Origin: Pontiella sp.
Lineage (GTDB): Bacteria; Verrucomicrobiota; Kiritimatiellia; Kiritimatiellales; Pontiellaceae
DNA length: 64,000 nt
Direction: 5' to 3'
Assembly (NCBI GenBank): GCA_050290185.1
Contig: JBNKHE010000005.1
Coordinates: 96,001 to 160,000, forward strand
Shown: in pieces, positions 10,440-19,643 of the stretch
Numbering within the stretch: the first letter of the stretch is position 1
Layout: each line of letters begins with the position of its first letter
Notes under the pieces: generated by a model
Database searches by the model: none
The model's input: only the letters and a program-made list of their open reading frames with translations
What the model was told of the DNA's origin: nothing
Position numbers and translations under genes: made by a program

Positions 10440-10919
10440 ATGAAAAAGCATATCATTATGGCAGTGGTAGTGGCGATGGCAGTGTCGACCGTTCATGCCG
10501 GAATCAAGCTTTCAGAGCTTACGGATCGAAATGCAACCAAGCGTCGCAAGGCGTTTACGGAGTGGGTCACTCCGGAAACGATGAAAGAAGAGTACGAGCG
10601 CTATGAACGGAAGGGGAAATTTCCCATCTATCATGAATCGTCCGAAAAAGGGGAGCGGCGCATCTATGCGGACTGCCCGGATGGATTTGCGTTCCAGATC
10701 TGGAGCATTTTCGGGGAAAAGGATTTTTGCGGGAAAGACAAGGAATTGCGCAAAGACAACAATGTCCTGCTGACAGCCTCGAGCTATACCGACCCACAAG
10801 GCCACACCCTTTATCGAGGGGTCTGGGTGTCAACCGATATCGAGAAGCGAATGCAGCGAGTAATCCGCCGCTATAGCATATCGCAGGCGGTCATTACGGA
10901 TGACGATGCGACAGAATAG
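10440..10919 (+). CDS. Secreted hypothetical protein
   Basis: Signal peptide MKKHIIMAVVVAMAVSTVHA; GGAG upstream; start could be 10431. Confidence 0.7.
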   Translation: MKKHIIMAVVVAMAVSTVHAGIKLSELTDRNATKRRKAFTEWVTPETMKEEYERYERKGKFPIYHESSEKGERRIYADCPDGFAFQIWSIFGEKDFCGKDKELRKDNNVLLTASSYTDPQGHTLYRGVWVSTDIEKRMQRVIRRYSISQAVITDDDATE

Positions 10920-10936
10920 TACTTTGTCGGACACGG

Positions 10937-12031
10937 ATGAACCCAGATCCAACACAGTTTGATGGAAAGAGAGGGGGCCTGTACTTACTTGCGACGGTGC
11001 TTCTGATGGGGGGCATTGTCGGTTGCGGTAAGGCATCTCCCCCAAAGTCGGAATGTGTACTGGTCATTGATGAAACAACCTGGTCGATGCCGAACGGTGA
11101 TCCGCCATATACCGTTGGGGAGGTAAAGGAGCGATACGGCGAGCCGGAGGAAGTCGTGAAAAGGGAGTATTCCACGGAACTGGTATATTCCAAAGCCGGC
11201 GTCTCGTTCATCTGTCATGGGTTGACACCTGATACGGCTATCAGTGAGATGATTCTGTATGCTCCGTTTTCGGTGCGAACCTCGGACGGGATCGTGCTGG
11301 GTAAAAGCACGGCGCAGGATACCCAAAACCTATGGGGCAAGCTAGATTGGTACGGCCGGACGGATCTTCCAGGATATGCATTATTTAGCCATGGCGGGGT
11401 CCGGTTTCTGGTGAGCGCGAATCCCGCAGATGAAGGGGGGCAGGACCATCTATCGCAAACCATCGAACGCATGATGTTGTTTTATTCTGACCTAAAGCGT
11501 CTGGAATATGTTCCCCCGACGCCGGTAACCATTCTCGCGGATTCGACGGCGTTCACCAACCGGATCACCTCGATTGATCTGCTTCTGGAGCAGGTGGTTG
11601 TCGAAGTACTGGATCTGGATCTAGATGCGCACATAGATCCGGACTGGGGGCCGTTGTGGGATAACTTTGCCAACCGTCCGTATGAAAAGCAGTTCAATGG
11701 CTTGTCGACTCAGGGATGGTGCGAGACCTGGGAGCGATTTGAAAAGGCGCTGGTGAATAAGGCCCGCAAACAAAAGCTGGATGCCGCAAGTCTAGATCGA
11801 ATCCTCAAAGCCGCGAAGCCTGCCGCCGACCACCGTAATGCAGTGGTTCCGGTTGCTACATTTTTAGCTCGAAAAGGGGGTGATCCTGTATGGATCGTGG
11901 TCACAAAATGGGAATGGGCGGGGCCAGATGAGCATAATGGTCGCAAGGAATGGATGACACTGGGCCATATCATTATTCAGGCTTTTCGCGTCAGTGATGG
12001 TGAATTGCTGGATGGAATCTCGTGCGGCTAA
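10937..12031 (+). CDS. Hypothetical lipoprotein
   Basis: 364-aa ORF with a hydrophobic stretch and lipobox IVGC; follows the previous gene by 17 nt. Confidence 0.65.
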   Translation: MNPDPTQFDGKRGGLYLLATVLLMGGIVGCGKASPPKSECVLVIDETTWSMPNGDPPYTVGEVKERYGEPEEVVKREYSTELVYSKAGVSFICHGLTPDTAISEMILYAPFSVRTSDGIVLGKSTAQDTQNLWGKLDWYGRTDLPGYALFSHGGVRFLVSANPADEGGQDHLSQTIERMMLFYSDLKRLEYVPPTPVTILADSTAFTNRITSIDLLLEQVVVEVLDLDLDAHIDPDWGPLWDNFANRPYEKQFNGLSTQGWCETWERFEKALVNKARKQKLDAASLDRILKAAKPAADHRNAVVPVATFLARKGGDPVWIVVTKWEWAGPDEHNGRKEWMTLGHIIIQAFRVSDGELLDGISCG

Positions 12032-12033
12032 CC

Positions 12034-12123
12034 ATATCGACCCAAATTTCCAGTATTTACCCGAATAAAGACGGGAATAGATTCGATTTTGACTATTACC
12101 GAAACCGGCACATGGCATTGTCT
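12034..12123 (+). pseudogene. EthD-family protein N-terminal remnant
   Basis: Translates TQISSIYPNKDGNRFDFDYYRNRHMAL, matching the EthD-family start (V.YP...G.RFD.DYY...HM.L). No start codon at the expected place; similarity ends after about 30 codons. Confidence 0.7.
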
Positions 12124-12183
12124 TCGGCGCCTTTGCCCCCAAACCACCATCTATCCCGTCGGAGAGGGGAAAATGCGGAAACC

Positions 12184-13101
12184 CTATCTTCGCCGCCGGG
12201 GTCTCCCGTTCTTCTTTTTTCGCGAGGGTTCGGGGTGCTGTTCCTTTTCCCGTAGCTCACGTTCGCGGAGTCTCCGCAGGCGTTCCTGGTTTTCCCGTGC
12301 GGCAAATTCGACCTCATTCAACACGCCCTTAACATCGGCTGTTTTTGTGCATTCCTTAAAGCGGCCGGTGAGTGGGGTGTCGGGGGTGAGCGTGCCGGCT
12401 TCATAGTGCGCCCAGATTTCTTTGGCGTGTTTGCTTTTCAGCAGATCTGGAGCAAAGCGGCCATAGTAATTGGTCATATTATTCACGTCACGGGCCAGCA
12501 TGGCCCGGGCGTTGTTGTTGCCGGCGGCATTGACCGCCTGCGGCAAATCGATAATGACGGGGCCGGCTTCGTCGACCAGCACATTGAATTCCGACAAGTC
12601 GCCGTGCACGATTCCGGCGCTGAGCATGCATACAATGTGTTTCATGACGGTGGCATGGTCTTTCCGTGCCTGCTCCGCCGTCATGGCGACGTCGTTCAGG
12701 CGGGGGGCAACGCCGCCTTCGGCGTCGGTGATCAGTTCCATCAGCAATACGCCATCGATGCATCCGTAAGGCTGCGGTACACGGACGCCGGCCTGTGACA
12801 GCAGGCAGAGCGCATCCACCTCGGTATGTTGCCAGATTTCTTCCTGTTCCTTTTTCCCATAGCGGGATCTTTTTGCCATGGCCCGGCCCCGACGGCTATT
12901 GCGCACATGGCGGCCTTCCCGGTAATGAACGGCGTTTTTAAAACTGCGTTTGGATGCGTCCTTATACACTTTGGCACAACGAATATCCGTGCCGCAGCGG
13001 ACGATAAAAATGGTCGCTTCTTTGCCGCTCATTAACTGCCGCTGAACTTCGTCCACGAGGCCATCTTCAATCAGGGCTTTGAGTTGTTTCGGAACTTTCA
13101 T
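12184..13101 (-). CDS. RIO1-like protein kinase (PA4780 family)
   Basis: MKVPK.L..L.EDGLVDEV...LMSGKEA, CAKVYK, HGDLSEFNVL, IIDLPQAV, RDV.N. Confidence 0.93.
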   Translation of the reverse strand: MKVPKQLKALIEDGLVDEVQRQLMSGKEATIFIVRCGTDIRCAKVYKDASKRSFKNAVHYREGRHVRNSRRGRAMAKRSRYGKKEQEEIWQHTEVDALCLLSQAGVRVPQPYGCIDGVLLMELITDAEGGVAPRLNDVAMTAEQARKDHATVMKHIVCMLSAGIVHGDLSEFNVLVDEAGPVIIDLPQAVNAAGNNNARAMLARDVNNMTNYYGRFAPDLLKSKHAKEIWAHYEAGTLTPDTPLTGRFKECTKTADVKGVLNEVEFAARENQERLRRLRERELREKEQHPEPSRKKKNGRPRRRR

Positions 13102-13125
13102 TGCGGACTTATACCTTGAAGAAAT

Positions 13126-13581
13126 TCAATTGCAACGGGTATCCGAGCGCAGCGCCTGACGGGAAGCACGGTCAACGAGAGTAAAAAGGTGGTCGATGTC
13201 GGTTTTTTGACGGGAAACCCGGTGTCCTTTCACCTTCAACAACGTGCAGTCGATTTGATCGGTTAAACAGAAAAATTCCCGGTAAAGCGCGGCGTGTTTA
13301 ACCGGTTTGTTTTGTCTGGTGCGATAATCGCTCGATTCCAGCCTACTTCGACGCCCGGGTAAACCGATGATGGTCTGGGAATCCGTGTAGATGGTTACGG
13401 TATTCGGTTTAAGCGTCTGGAGAGCCCAGATCAGGGTTTCAACCTCCAGCTGCGAGGAGTTGGTGTTCTCAAAGCGCTTTACGCTAACCTCGGGGGCGGA
13501 GTTATCATCGCTCACCGCCAAAAACGCCCCATATCCGATGCGGGAGGGCGGGTGCACACTACCATCTGTAAAAAGCATCAT
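13126..13581 (-). CDS. Second RNase HI-like protein
   Basis: FTDGS, QLE, IYTDSQ, KVKGH, LVDRASR; all four RNase H carboxylates are apparently present. Confidence 0.85.
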   Translation of the reverse strand: MMLFTDGSVHPPSRIGYGAFLAVSDDNSAPEVSVKRFENTNSSQLEVETLIWALQTLKPNTVTIYTDSQTIIGLPGRRSRLESSDYRTRQNKPVKHAALYREFFCLTDQIDCTLLKVKGHRVSRQKTDIDHLFTLVDRASRQALRSDTRCN

Positions 13582-13633
13582 AATAATTGATTCATTCGTA
13601 AGGTTGATATTCTGCGAATATGGGCTCAGTCCA

Positions 13634-14017
13634 TCAGCCGACCAGTAAGTCGAGAATCAGGGCGAGCAGACTCAGGAAGCAGATAAACGCATAGTTGAAC
13701 AGCTCCTTGGAACGGATGATTGATCGAAGGATATACAAGGTGGCTTCACGCGTGGTTGGGTCGAGGTCCTTACTCTGTCCGATTTGCTCGATCAATGCAT
13801 GGTTGACCACGACGCGCCGTCTTCGGCGGGTGATAATGTAGCGGTATCCAAAAAAGATTGTGTAGCTGAACATGGCAAAGCGCCAAAGCCAGATCGCGGC
13901 TTCCGGGTTGTAGCGGTTGAGCAGCATCAACAAGCGCACGGCGATTCCCGCCGTCAATCCGATCCAGAGAAAGAGATGGATGATCCAGCGGGGGAGTACT
14001 TTAAATTCGTTGTTCAT
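13634..14017 (-). CDS. Hypothetical membrane protein (3 TM)
   Basis: AAGGAG SD before ATG 14017; three hydrophobic segments. Confidence 0.7.
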   Translation of the reverse strand: MNNEFKVLPRWIIHLFLWIGLTAGIAVRLLMLLNRYNPEAAIWLWRFAMFSYTIFFGYRYIITRRRRRVVVNHALIEQIGQSKDLDPTTREATLYILRSIIRSKELFNYAFICFLSLLALILDLLVG

Positions 14018-14254
14018 GGGCGTTCTACTCCTTAAGTTCTGGAATAAGTATAGCCGTTTCCCTGACGATTTAAACTGGATTGGTCGGGCGGATGATCTCA
14101 CGCAGAGATTGCAGAATTAGCGGAGTTTGAAAGCAACCTCAGCCTGATCCGTATGAAAGACATATGATGTATTGGAAAGAAGGGAGGGGCCGTCTGTCCC
14201 AATCATCATCCGGGGCGCCGGAAGCGCGCGCCCCGCGATGAGGGATGGATATGA

Positions 14255-14377
14255 CTATATTGTGTGATCCTTGCTTCTGGCGGCTTCCTTTTTGACCTGC
14301 CGCTTTTCCTTGAGGCTCAATTTTGGTTCTTTCTTTTTTTCCCGGTTGCCTTTGTCTTTCTTCCCTTTTTCGCCCAT
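14255..14377 (-). CDS. 40-aa Lys-rich small protein (below the ORF-track cutoff)
   Basis: GGAGGT SD 6 nt before ATG; translates MGEKGKKDKGNREKKKEPKLSLKEKRQVKKEAARSKDHTI*; GC-rich hairpin just downstream (about 14205-14241). Confidence 0.75.
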   Translation of the reverse strand: MGEKGKKDKGNREKKKEPKLSLKEKRQVKKEAARSKDHTI

Positions 14378-14776
14378 GGCTCTACCTCCGTAGTTTTTAT
14401 GCGGTTGCTGTAATCCAGCGGATTTGGTTTGGCATCTTGTGGGGACGCCGGCGGTGTAAGTTCGATTCTAATCTGGTTGCAAAGCACCCGGCAGATCATC
14501 CAGTTGTATGCTGGTGATGGTGGGTAAACAGGTATTGCCATTGATGAAGGCAATGCGGTGTGGCAGGAGACTCACTATGTTCTTCTCTCGTTGATGCCGG
14601 CAAGGATACAACCAATCCTTAAATACGCAACTTATTCTTTTCTAGCTCCAGCCACAGGGGAAGATTGCTACACATGTCGGCGGCGCAGAGGACTGCGGTG
14701 CGGTGTTTTCCGCCGTCGAAGACTTTCACCCTGCGTCAAGTAGTCCTGCAAGGCAAACGCACCTTGTCCTGAGTGC

Positions 14777-14803
14777 GGACGACTGGGGACAGTCGTCCCT
14801 ACC
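14777..14803 (-). repeat. GTAG-type REP-like palindrome
   Basis: Minus strand reads GGTAG-GGACGACTG-TCCC-CAGTCGTCC: a perfect 9-bp stem preceded by GTAG. Confidence 0.6.
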
Positions 14804-14931
14804 TTTTCGTCCCTGCCCGTTGAGGCAAAGCCGGGATTCTTTTTTGCGTGAGTTCGGGCGTTTCAGCCTGTAGATTCCGCCTCCTATTTCCCAACAACCA
14901 ATAACGATTAACCGATAACGGAACAGATTTT

Positions 14932-16452
14932 ATGGCAAAGCAGAAAAAGACGGCGATTACGCCGACGCGGGACGAGAACTATCCGGAGTGGTACCAGCAA
15001 GTGGTGCGGGCGGCGGAACTGGCGGAAAACAGCGATGTTCGCGGATGCATGGTGATCAAGCCGTGGGGCTACGCCCTGTGGGAAAACATTCAGCGTGGCC
15101 TTGATAAAATGTTCAAGGATACCGGCCATGTGAATGCCTATTTCCCGTTATTCATCCCGTTGAGCTATCTGGAAAAGGAAGCCGAACACGTTGATGGTTT
15201 TGCCAAGGAGTGCGCAGTGGTGACGCATCACCGCCTGGAACAGGGCGACGATGGCAAGCTGCATCCGGCGGGTGAGCTGGAGGAACCGCTGATTGTTCGT
15301 CCGACGTCGGAAACAATTATTGGTGCGACCTTTGCCAAATGGGTAGAGAGTTATCGTGACCTGCCGTTGCTGATCAACCAGTGGGCCAACGTGGTGCGTT
15401 GGGAAATGCGTACGCGCCTGTTTCTACGTACGGCGGAGTTTCTGTGGCAGGAAGGACATACAGCCCACGAAACCGAAGCCGAGGCGTGGGAGGAAACCCG
15501 CAAGATGCTGCAGGTCTACAAGACCTTTGCCGAAGAGTATATGGCCATGCCGGTGCTGACAGGAGAAAAGACGGCTGGCGAGCGTTTCCCCGGTGCGGTG
15601 AGCACATTGTGCATTGAGGCGATGATGCAAGATCGCAAGGCCCTGCAGGCGGGTACGAGCCATTTTCTCGGGCAGAATTTCGCCAAGGCTTCCGGCATTC
15701 AATACAGTAGCCGCGACGGCGCTAAAGAATTTGCATGGACCACTTCGTGGGGCGTTTCAACCCGTTTGATCGGCGGGATGATCATGACACATGGCGACGA
15801 CGATGGCATGATCATGCCACCTCGTCTGGCTCCGTCGCATGTGGTGCTCCTTCCGATCATCCGCAACGAGGAGGATCGCGAATCAATTCTGGCCTATTGC
15901 AACGAGATTGCCGCCGGATTACGGAAGCAACGGTTCCACGAGCGGGATGTAGAGGTCGTTGTCGACGCCCGCGATATCAATGCCGGTGAAAAAGGTTGGG
16001 GCTGGGTCAAGAAGGGCATTCCGGTACGGGCTGAAGTCGGACCGCGCGACATGGCCAACAATGCGGTCTTCATGGCGCGCCGTGACACGAATGAGAAGAA
16101 GGGCATTGGCAAGGATGAGTTTGTGGCCGGGATCGTCGATCTTCTGGAGGATATTCAGCAAAGCCTGCTGCAGCGGGCGTTGGACTATCGGTCGTCATAC
16201 TCGAAGGAAATCGACTCCTACGACGAGTTTGTGAAGTTTTTTACGCCGGAAAACAAGGAACGCCCCGAGGCCCACGGTGGTTTTGCGATGAGCCATTGGT
16301 GCGAAGCATCGGAATGCGAGGAAAAGATCAACGAGGATCTTTCGGTAACGATCCGCTGTATTCCCTTTGATCGTGAAAGCAGTGGTGCCGGGCAATGCAT
16401 CTGCTGCGGAAAGCCGAGTCCGGGCCGTGTGGTTTTTGCCAAAAGTTACTAA
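14932..16452 (+). CDS. proS: Proline--tRNA ligase (eukaryote/archaea-like type)
   Basis: VRGCMVIKPWGY, RPTSET, QWANVVRWEMRTRLFLRT.EFLWQEGHT, QAGTSHFLGQNF, C-terminal FAKSY. Confidence 0.98.
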   Translation: MAKQKKTAITPTRDENYPEWYQQVVRAAELAENSDVRGCMVIKPWGYALWENIQRGLDKMFKDTGHVNAYFPLFIPLSYLEKEAEHVDGFAKECAVVTHHRLEQGDDGKLHPAGELEEPLIVRPTSETIIGATFAKWVESYRDLPLLINQWANVVRWEMRTRLFLRTAEFLWQEGHTAHETEAEAWEETRKMLQVYKTFAEEYMAMPVLTGEKTAGERFPGAVSTLCIEAMMQDRKALQAGTSHFLGQNFAKASGIQYSSRDGAKEFAWTTSWGVSTRLIGGMIMTHGDDDGMIMPPRLAPSHVVLLPIIRNEEDRESILAYCNEIAAGLRKQRFHERDVEVVVDARDINAGEKGWGWVKKGIPVRAEVGPRDMANNAVFMARRDTNEKKGIGKDEFVAGIVDLLEDIQQSLLQRALDYRSSYSKEIDSYDEFVKFFTPENKERPEAHGGFAMSHWCEASECEEKINEDLSVTIRCIPFDRESSGAGQCICCGKPSPGRVVFAKSY

Positions 16453-16464
16453 TTGAATGACCAC

Positions 16465-16504
16465 TGATGAGTGAGCCGTGATTTTTTCACGACTCAATCG
16501 TCAC
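16465..16504. repeat. Imperfect palindromic element, copy 1 (after the proS stop)
   Basis: TGATGAGTGAGCCGTGA-TTTTT-TCACGACTCAATCGTCAC. The right arm is the exact 18-nt reverse complement of 49711-49728. Confidence 0.75.
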
Positions 16505-16559
16505 GAATCACGTCTTTGGAATTGCCCATGGGGCCATGCTGCTCTAGATTGTTCAGATT

Positions 16560-17591
16560 ATGCAAATTACATCAAAAATACTTACGTTTTCATTGATCGG
16601 CTTATGTCTGGCAGGAGCTGTGCCGAATACCCGGGGGGATGCGGCCTACGTTCTTGAAGAGCAGGGACAGGGAACCTGGCGGGCAGTCTTCGACCGGAAA
16701 AAGGATACTTCCGCCGAGCAGTGGGAGTATGCCCGTGCCACTCAAAACAAGGGGTGGCTGCGCAAAGCAGACCGGCGGATGCTCTATCTGGTGCGGCGTT
16801 GGCCGAACAGCAAGGAGGCGCCATGGGCGGCTCGGGCACGCGCCGACATGTTGCTGGCCCGAGGAAAGCTTGATGATGCGTTCGAGGCCTACCAGTTTTT
16901 GATCGATAACTATTCCAGCCGCATGGCGGATTACGACTCCGTACTCGAAAGCCAATTTGAAATTGCCAGCCGGATTATGAACCGTCGACGAATGCGTTGG
17001 ATTTTTGGTGGATACCGTGCGCCGGAATATGCGGTGGATTATTTTGAATCGATTATCAAAAACGGGCCAAAGTGGTCGCGAGCGGCGGAGGCCCAGTACA
17101 TGATCGGCCAATGCCATCAGGAAAACGATGATTACGAACTGGCAATTGCGGCATATGGACTGCTGGGATACCGTTATCCGGACAGCCGGTTCGCGGAAGC
17201 GGCGGCATGGCGCCAGATTGAATGCCTGAAGGCGTTGCAGATGGAATATCCACACAGTCCGGAAATGCTTGAGCGTCTGCTGACAGCTACCACGGTATTT
17301 CTATCCACGTTCCCATCCTCTGATCATCAGACGCAAGTGGTCCAGATGCGCAACGGACTGTACGAAGTGAAAGCGGGAGCGGTATTCGACATGGCCTCAT
17401 TCTATGCCAACGTGCCTAAGAAACCGAAGGCGGCCATCCTGTACGACAAGGTACTGATTGAAGAGTATCCGAAGAGCAAGCTGGTTCCCCGCGCCGAGGA
17501 ACGTATGACGGACCTGGAAGAGTTGCTGGGCAAGCCTGAAGAGGAAAAAGCTCCTGTGGCGCCGCACTCCAAGCCCCTTCCTTTCGGATAA
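16560..17591 (+). CDS. TPR outer-membrane assembly protein, BamD-like
   Basis: Signal peptide; repeated TPR 'L...YP.S..A..A' motifs; directly upstream of lptD. Confidence 0.75.
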   Translation: MQITSKILTFSLIGLCLAGAVPNTRGDAAYVLEEQGQGTWRAVFDRKKDTSAEQWEYARATQNKGWLRKADRRMLYLVRRWPNSKEAPWAARARADMLLARGKLDDAFEAYQFLIDNYSSRMADYDSVLESQFEIASRIMNRRRMRWIFGGYRAPEYAVDYFESIIKNGPKWSRAAEAQYMIGQCHQENDDYELAIAAYGLLGYRYPDSRFAEAAAWRQIECLKALQMEYPHSPEMLERLLTATTVFLSTFPSSDHQTQVVQMRNGLYEVKAGAVFDMASFYANVPKKPKAAILYDKVLIEEYPKSKLVPRAEERMTDLEELLGKPEEEKAPVAPHSKPLPFG

Positions 17592-17603
17592 AGGAATTCT
17601 CGT

Positions 17604-19643
17604 ATGTTGAAGGTTGGAATTTTAAAGTTCATTTTGCCGGGACTCTTTCTGGTTTCCGCAGCCTATGCGGTTGACTCGACGCTTCCGACAACGATTCCCG
17701 GTGGCCCCATTGATATACGGGCTCCGAGTCTGGCGCGTACAAACGATACGGTTTTTGCCAGTGGTGGAGTAACCGGACGATACGAGAATGTGACACTCAG
17801 AGCTGATGCAGCTTCGGCTAATCTGGAGTCCGGAGATCTTCATCTCGAGGGGGATATCCATTTTGAGCGTGATAATGTGATCTGGAATGGAACCGTTCTG
17901 GACTACAACTACCTGACCAAGGTTGGAAATTTCGGACCGTCCTCGCTCGATTATGATCCGATCTTAATGAGCGTCGAACATATTGAACGGGTGTCAACCA
18001 ATGAATACCTGCTTCGAGGGGCCACCTTTACCACATGTGCACTGGACCATCCCCACTATCAGATTAAGGTCAAGGAAGCACGGTTGATTGACGACAAGTA
18101 CCTCAGAGCCAAAGGGGCTACGTTTTATGTCCGGGGTGTTCCCGTTTTTTATTTTCCATATTGGCATCAGACGCTGAGCCGTAGCATTTTTACATTCCGC
18201 GCCGGTTTCAGCAGCGAGTGGGGGGCCTTTGGCTTGATTAAGGCCACCGTACCTTTGACCGATGATCTTACATCGATCTCCGATATCAACCTTTACAGCA
18301 AACGCGGAGTCGGCCTTGGGCAAGGGGTTGCCTGGAATTATCCCTCCGCGGCCGGAACGGTTGAATCATTCTATCTGGCGGACCAGGATCCGAATGCCAA
18401 ATATACGATTCCGGAGATTGGTTCGGACCGATACCGGCTGAAGCTAGAACACCTTCAGCACTTTTCGGACACTCAGTATATCAATACGAAATGGAACTAC
18501 CTGAGTGATCCAGTCGTGACGAAGGAGTTCTTCAAAGCTGAATACCGGAGATACGCCCAGCCGGAAAACTATGCGTCATGGGTATATGGAAATAATTTCG
18601 TGGGAAGCGAAGTCTTTGCGAATTATCGGCTGAATGACTTCTACGACAATACCGACCGGATCGAGTACTCCGCGGATATCTATCGTACCCGCATTGGCAA
18701 CACACCATTCTATTTCCAAAGCGAGAACAGCATTGCCCATCTTGAACGGGTTTATGCCGCTACCAATGCGCTGGACAGCATCGATGCCGTGCGTATTGAT
18801 TCGGCCAATACCATTTTCATGCCGCAGCGATACGGGTTCCTAAACGTGATTCCCCGCGCAGGGTACCGCGCGACCTATTATTCCACGAGTCCAACGGTTG
18901 GATCCGATGAGTTCAGGGAAATTCCCGAGGGCGGGGTTGAGGTGTCGCTGCAGGCATCGCGGGTGCTGTCCGAACGGGAACGGTGGTACGGTAAGGGCCT
19001 TCGCCATAAAATAGAACCTTATCTCGATTATATGTATGCCGACGCATCAATCGGAACCAACCGATTGTACCAGTTTGATGCGGTGGATGCACTGGACGAT
19101 CAGAACCAGGTCAAGGTGGGATTACGCAATGTATTGCAGACCCGGCGTGACAACCGGGTCTCCCGCTTTATCGATGTGGATCTCTATACCCACTATCTCG
19201 CCGATAGAAACGGCGCTGCGGATAACATTGATTCATTGTTTGTCAATGCCCGGATGCCACTGACGCGCCGCACTATGGTGGATGTAGACGGAGAAGTGGA
19301 TTGGAACCATGGCATCGTGCCATTTTTCAATACCCGGTTTTCCTACAGGAAAAGCCGCGAGTTGATGCTTTCCCTGGAACATCTTTACTGGGAAGCGAAA
19401 AGAAAATCGCTCTGGACTCCAAGGTTTGATCTCTATCCCGAAGGGCGGTATTCACTGTTCGGATATGCCCGCTATGAAGACCGGGCGAACGATATCGAAG
19501 AAGTGGCAATCGGCGGATACATGAACTGGTGCTGCATGCGTTACGGGATCGGGTATCATCTATTTGATGAGAACGAGCATGCCATCATGTTTTCCATCGG
19601 CTTGTCGGCCTTCCCGGAAGCCAGCATCTCAAGCAGCTTCTAG
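17604..19643 (+). CDS. lptD: LPS-assembly protein LptD
   Basis: Signal peptide, OstA-like N-terminus, FTTC...PHY, VPVFYFPY, YSKRGVGLG, LRHKIEP, beta-barrel C-terminus ending in F. Confidence 0.88.
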   Translation: MLKVGILKFILPGLFLVSAAYAVDSTLPTTIPGGPIDIRAPSLARTNDTVFASGGVTGRYENVTLRADAASANLESGDLHLEGDIHFERDNVIWNGTVLDYNYLTKVGNFGPSSLDYDPILMSVEHIERVSTNEYLLRGATFTTCALDHPHYQIKVKEARLIDDKYLRAKGATFYVRGVPVFYFPYWHQTLSRSIFTFRAGFSSEWGAFGLIKATVPLTDDLTSISDINLYSKRGVGLGQGVAWNYPSAAGTVESFYLADQDPNAKYTIPEIGSDRYRLKLEHLQHFSDTQYINTKWNYLSDPVVTKEFFKAEYRRYAQPENYASWVYGNNFVGSEVFANYRLNDFYDNTDRIEYSADIYRTRIGNTPFYFQSENSIAHLERVYAATNALDSIDAVRIDSANTIFMPQRYGFLNVIPRAGYRATYYSTSPTVGSDEFREIPEGGVEVSLQASRVLSERERWYGKGLRHKIEPYLDYMYADASIGTNRLYQFDAVDALDDQNQVKVGLRNVLQTRRDNRVSRFIDVDLYTHYLADRNGAADNIDSLFVNARMPLTRRTMVDVDGEVDWNHGIVPFFNTRFSYRKSRELMLSLEHLYWEAKRKSLWTPRFDLYPEGRYSLFGYARYEDRANDIEEVAIGGYMNWCCMRYGIGYHLFDENEHAIMFSIGLSAFPEASISSSF

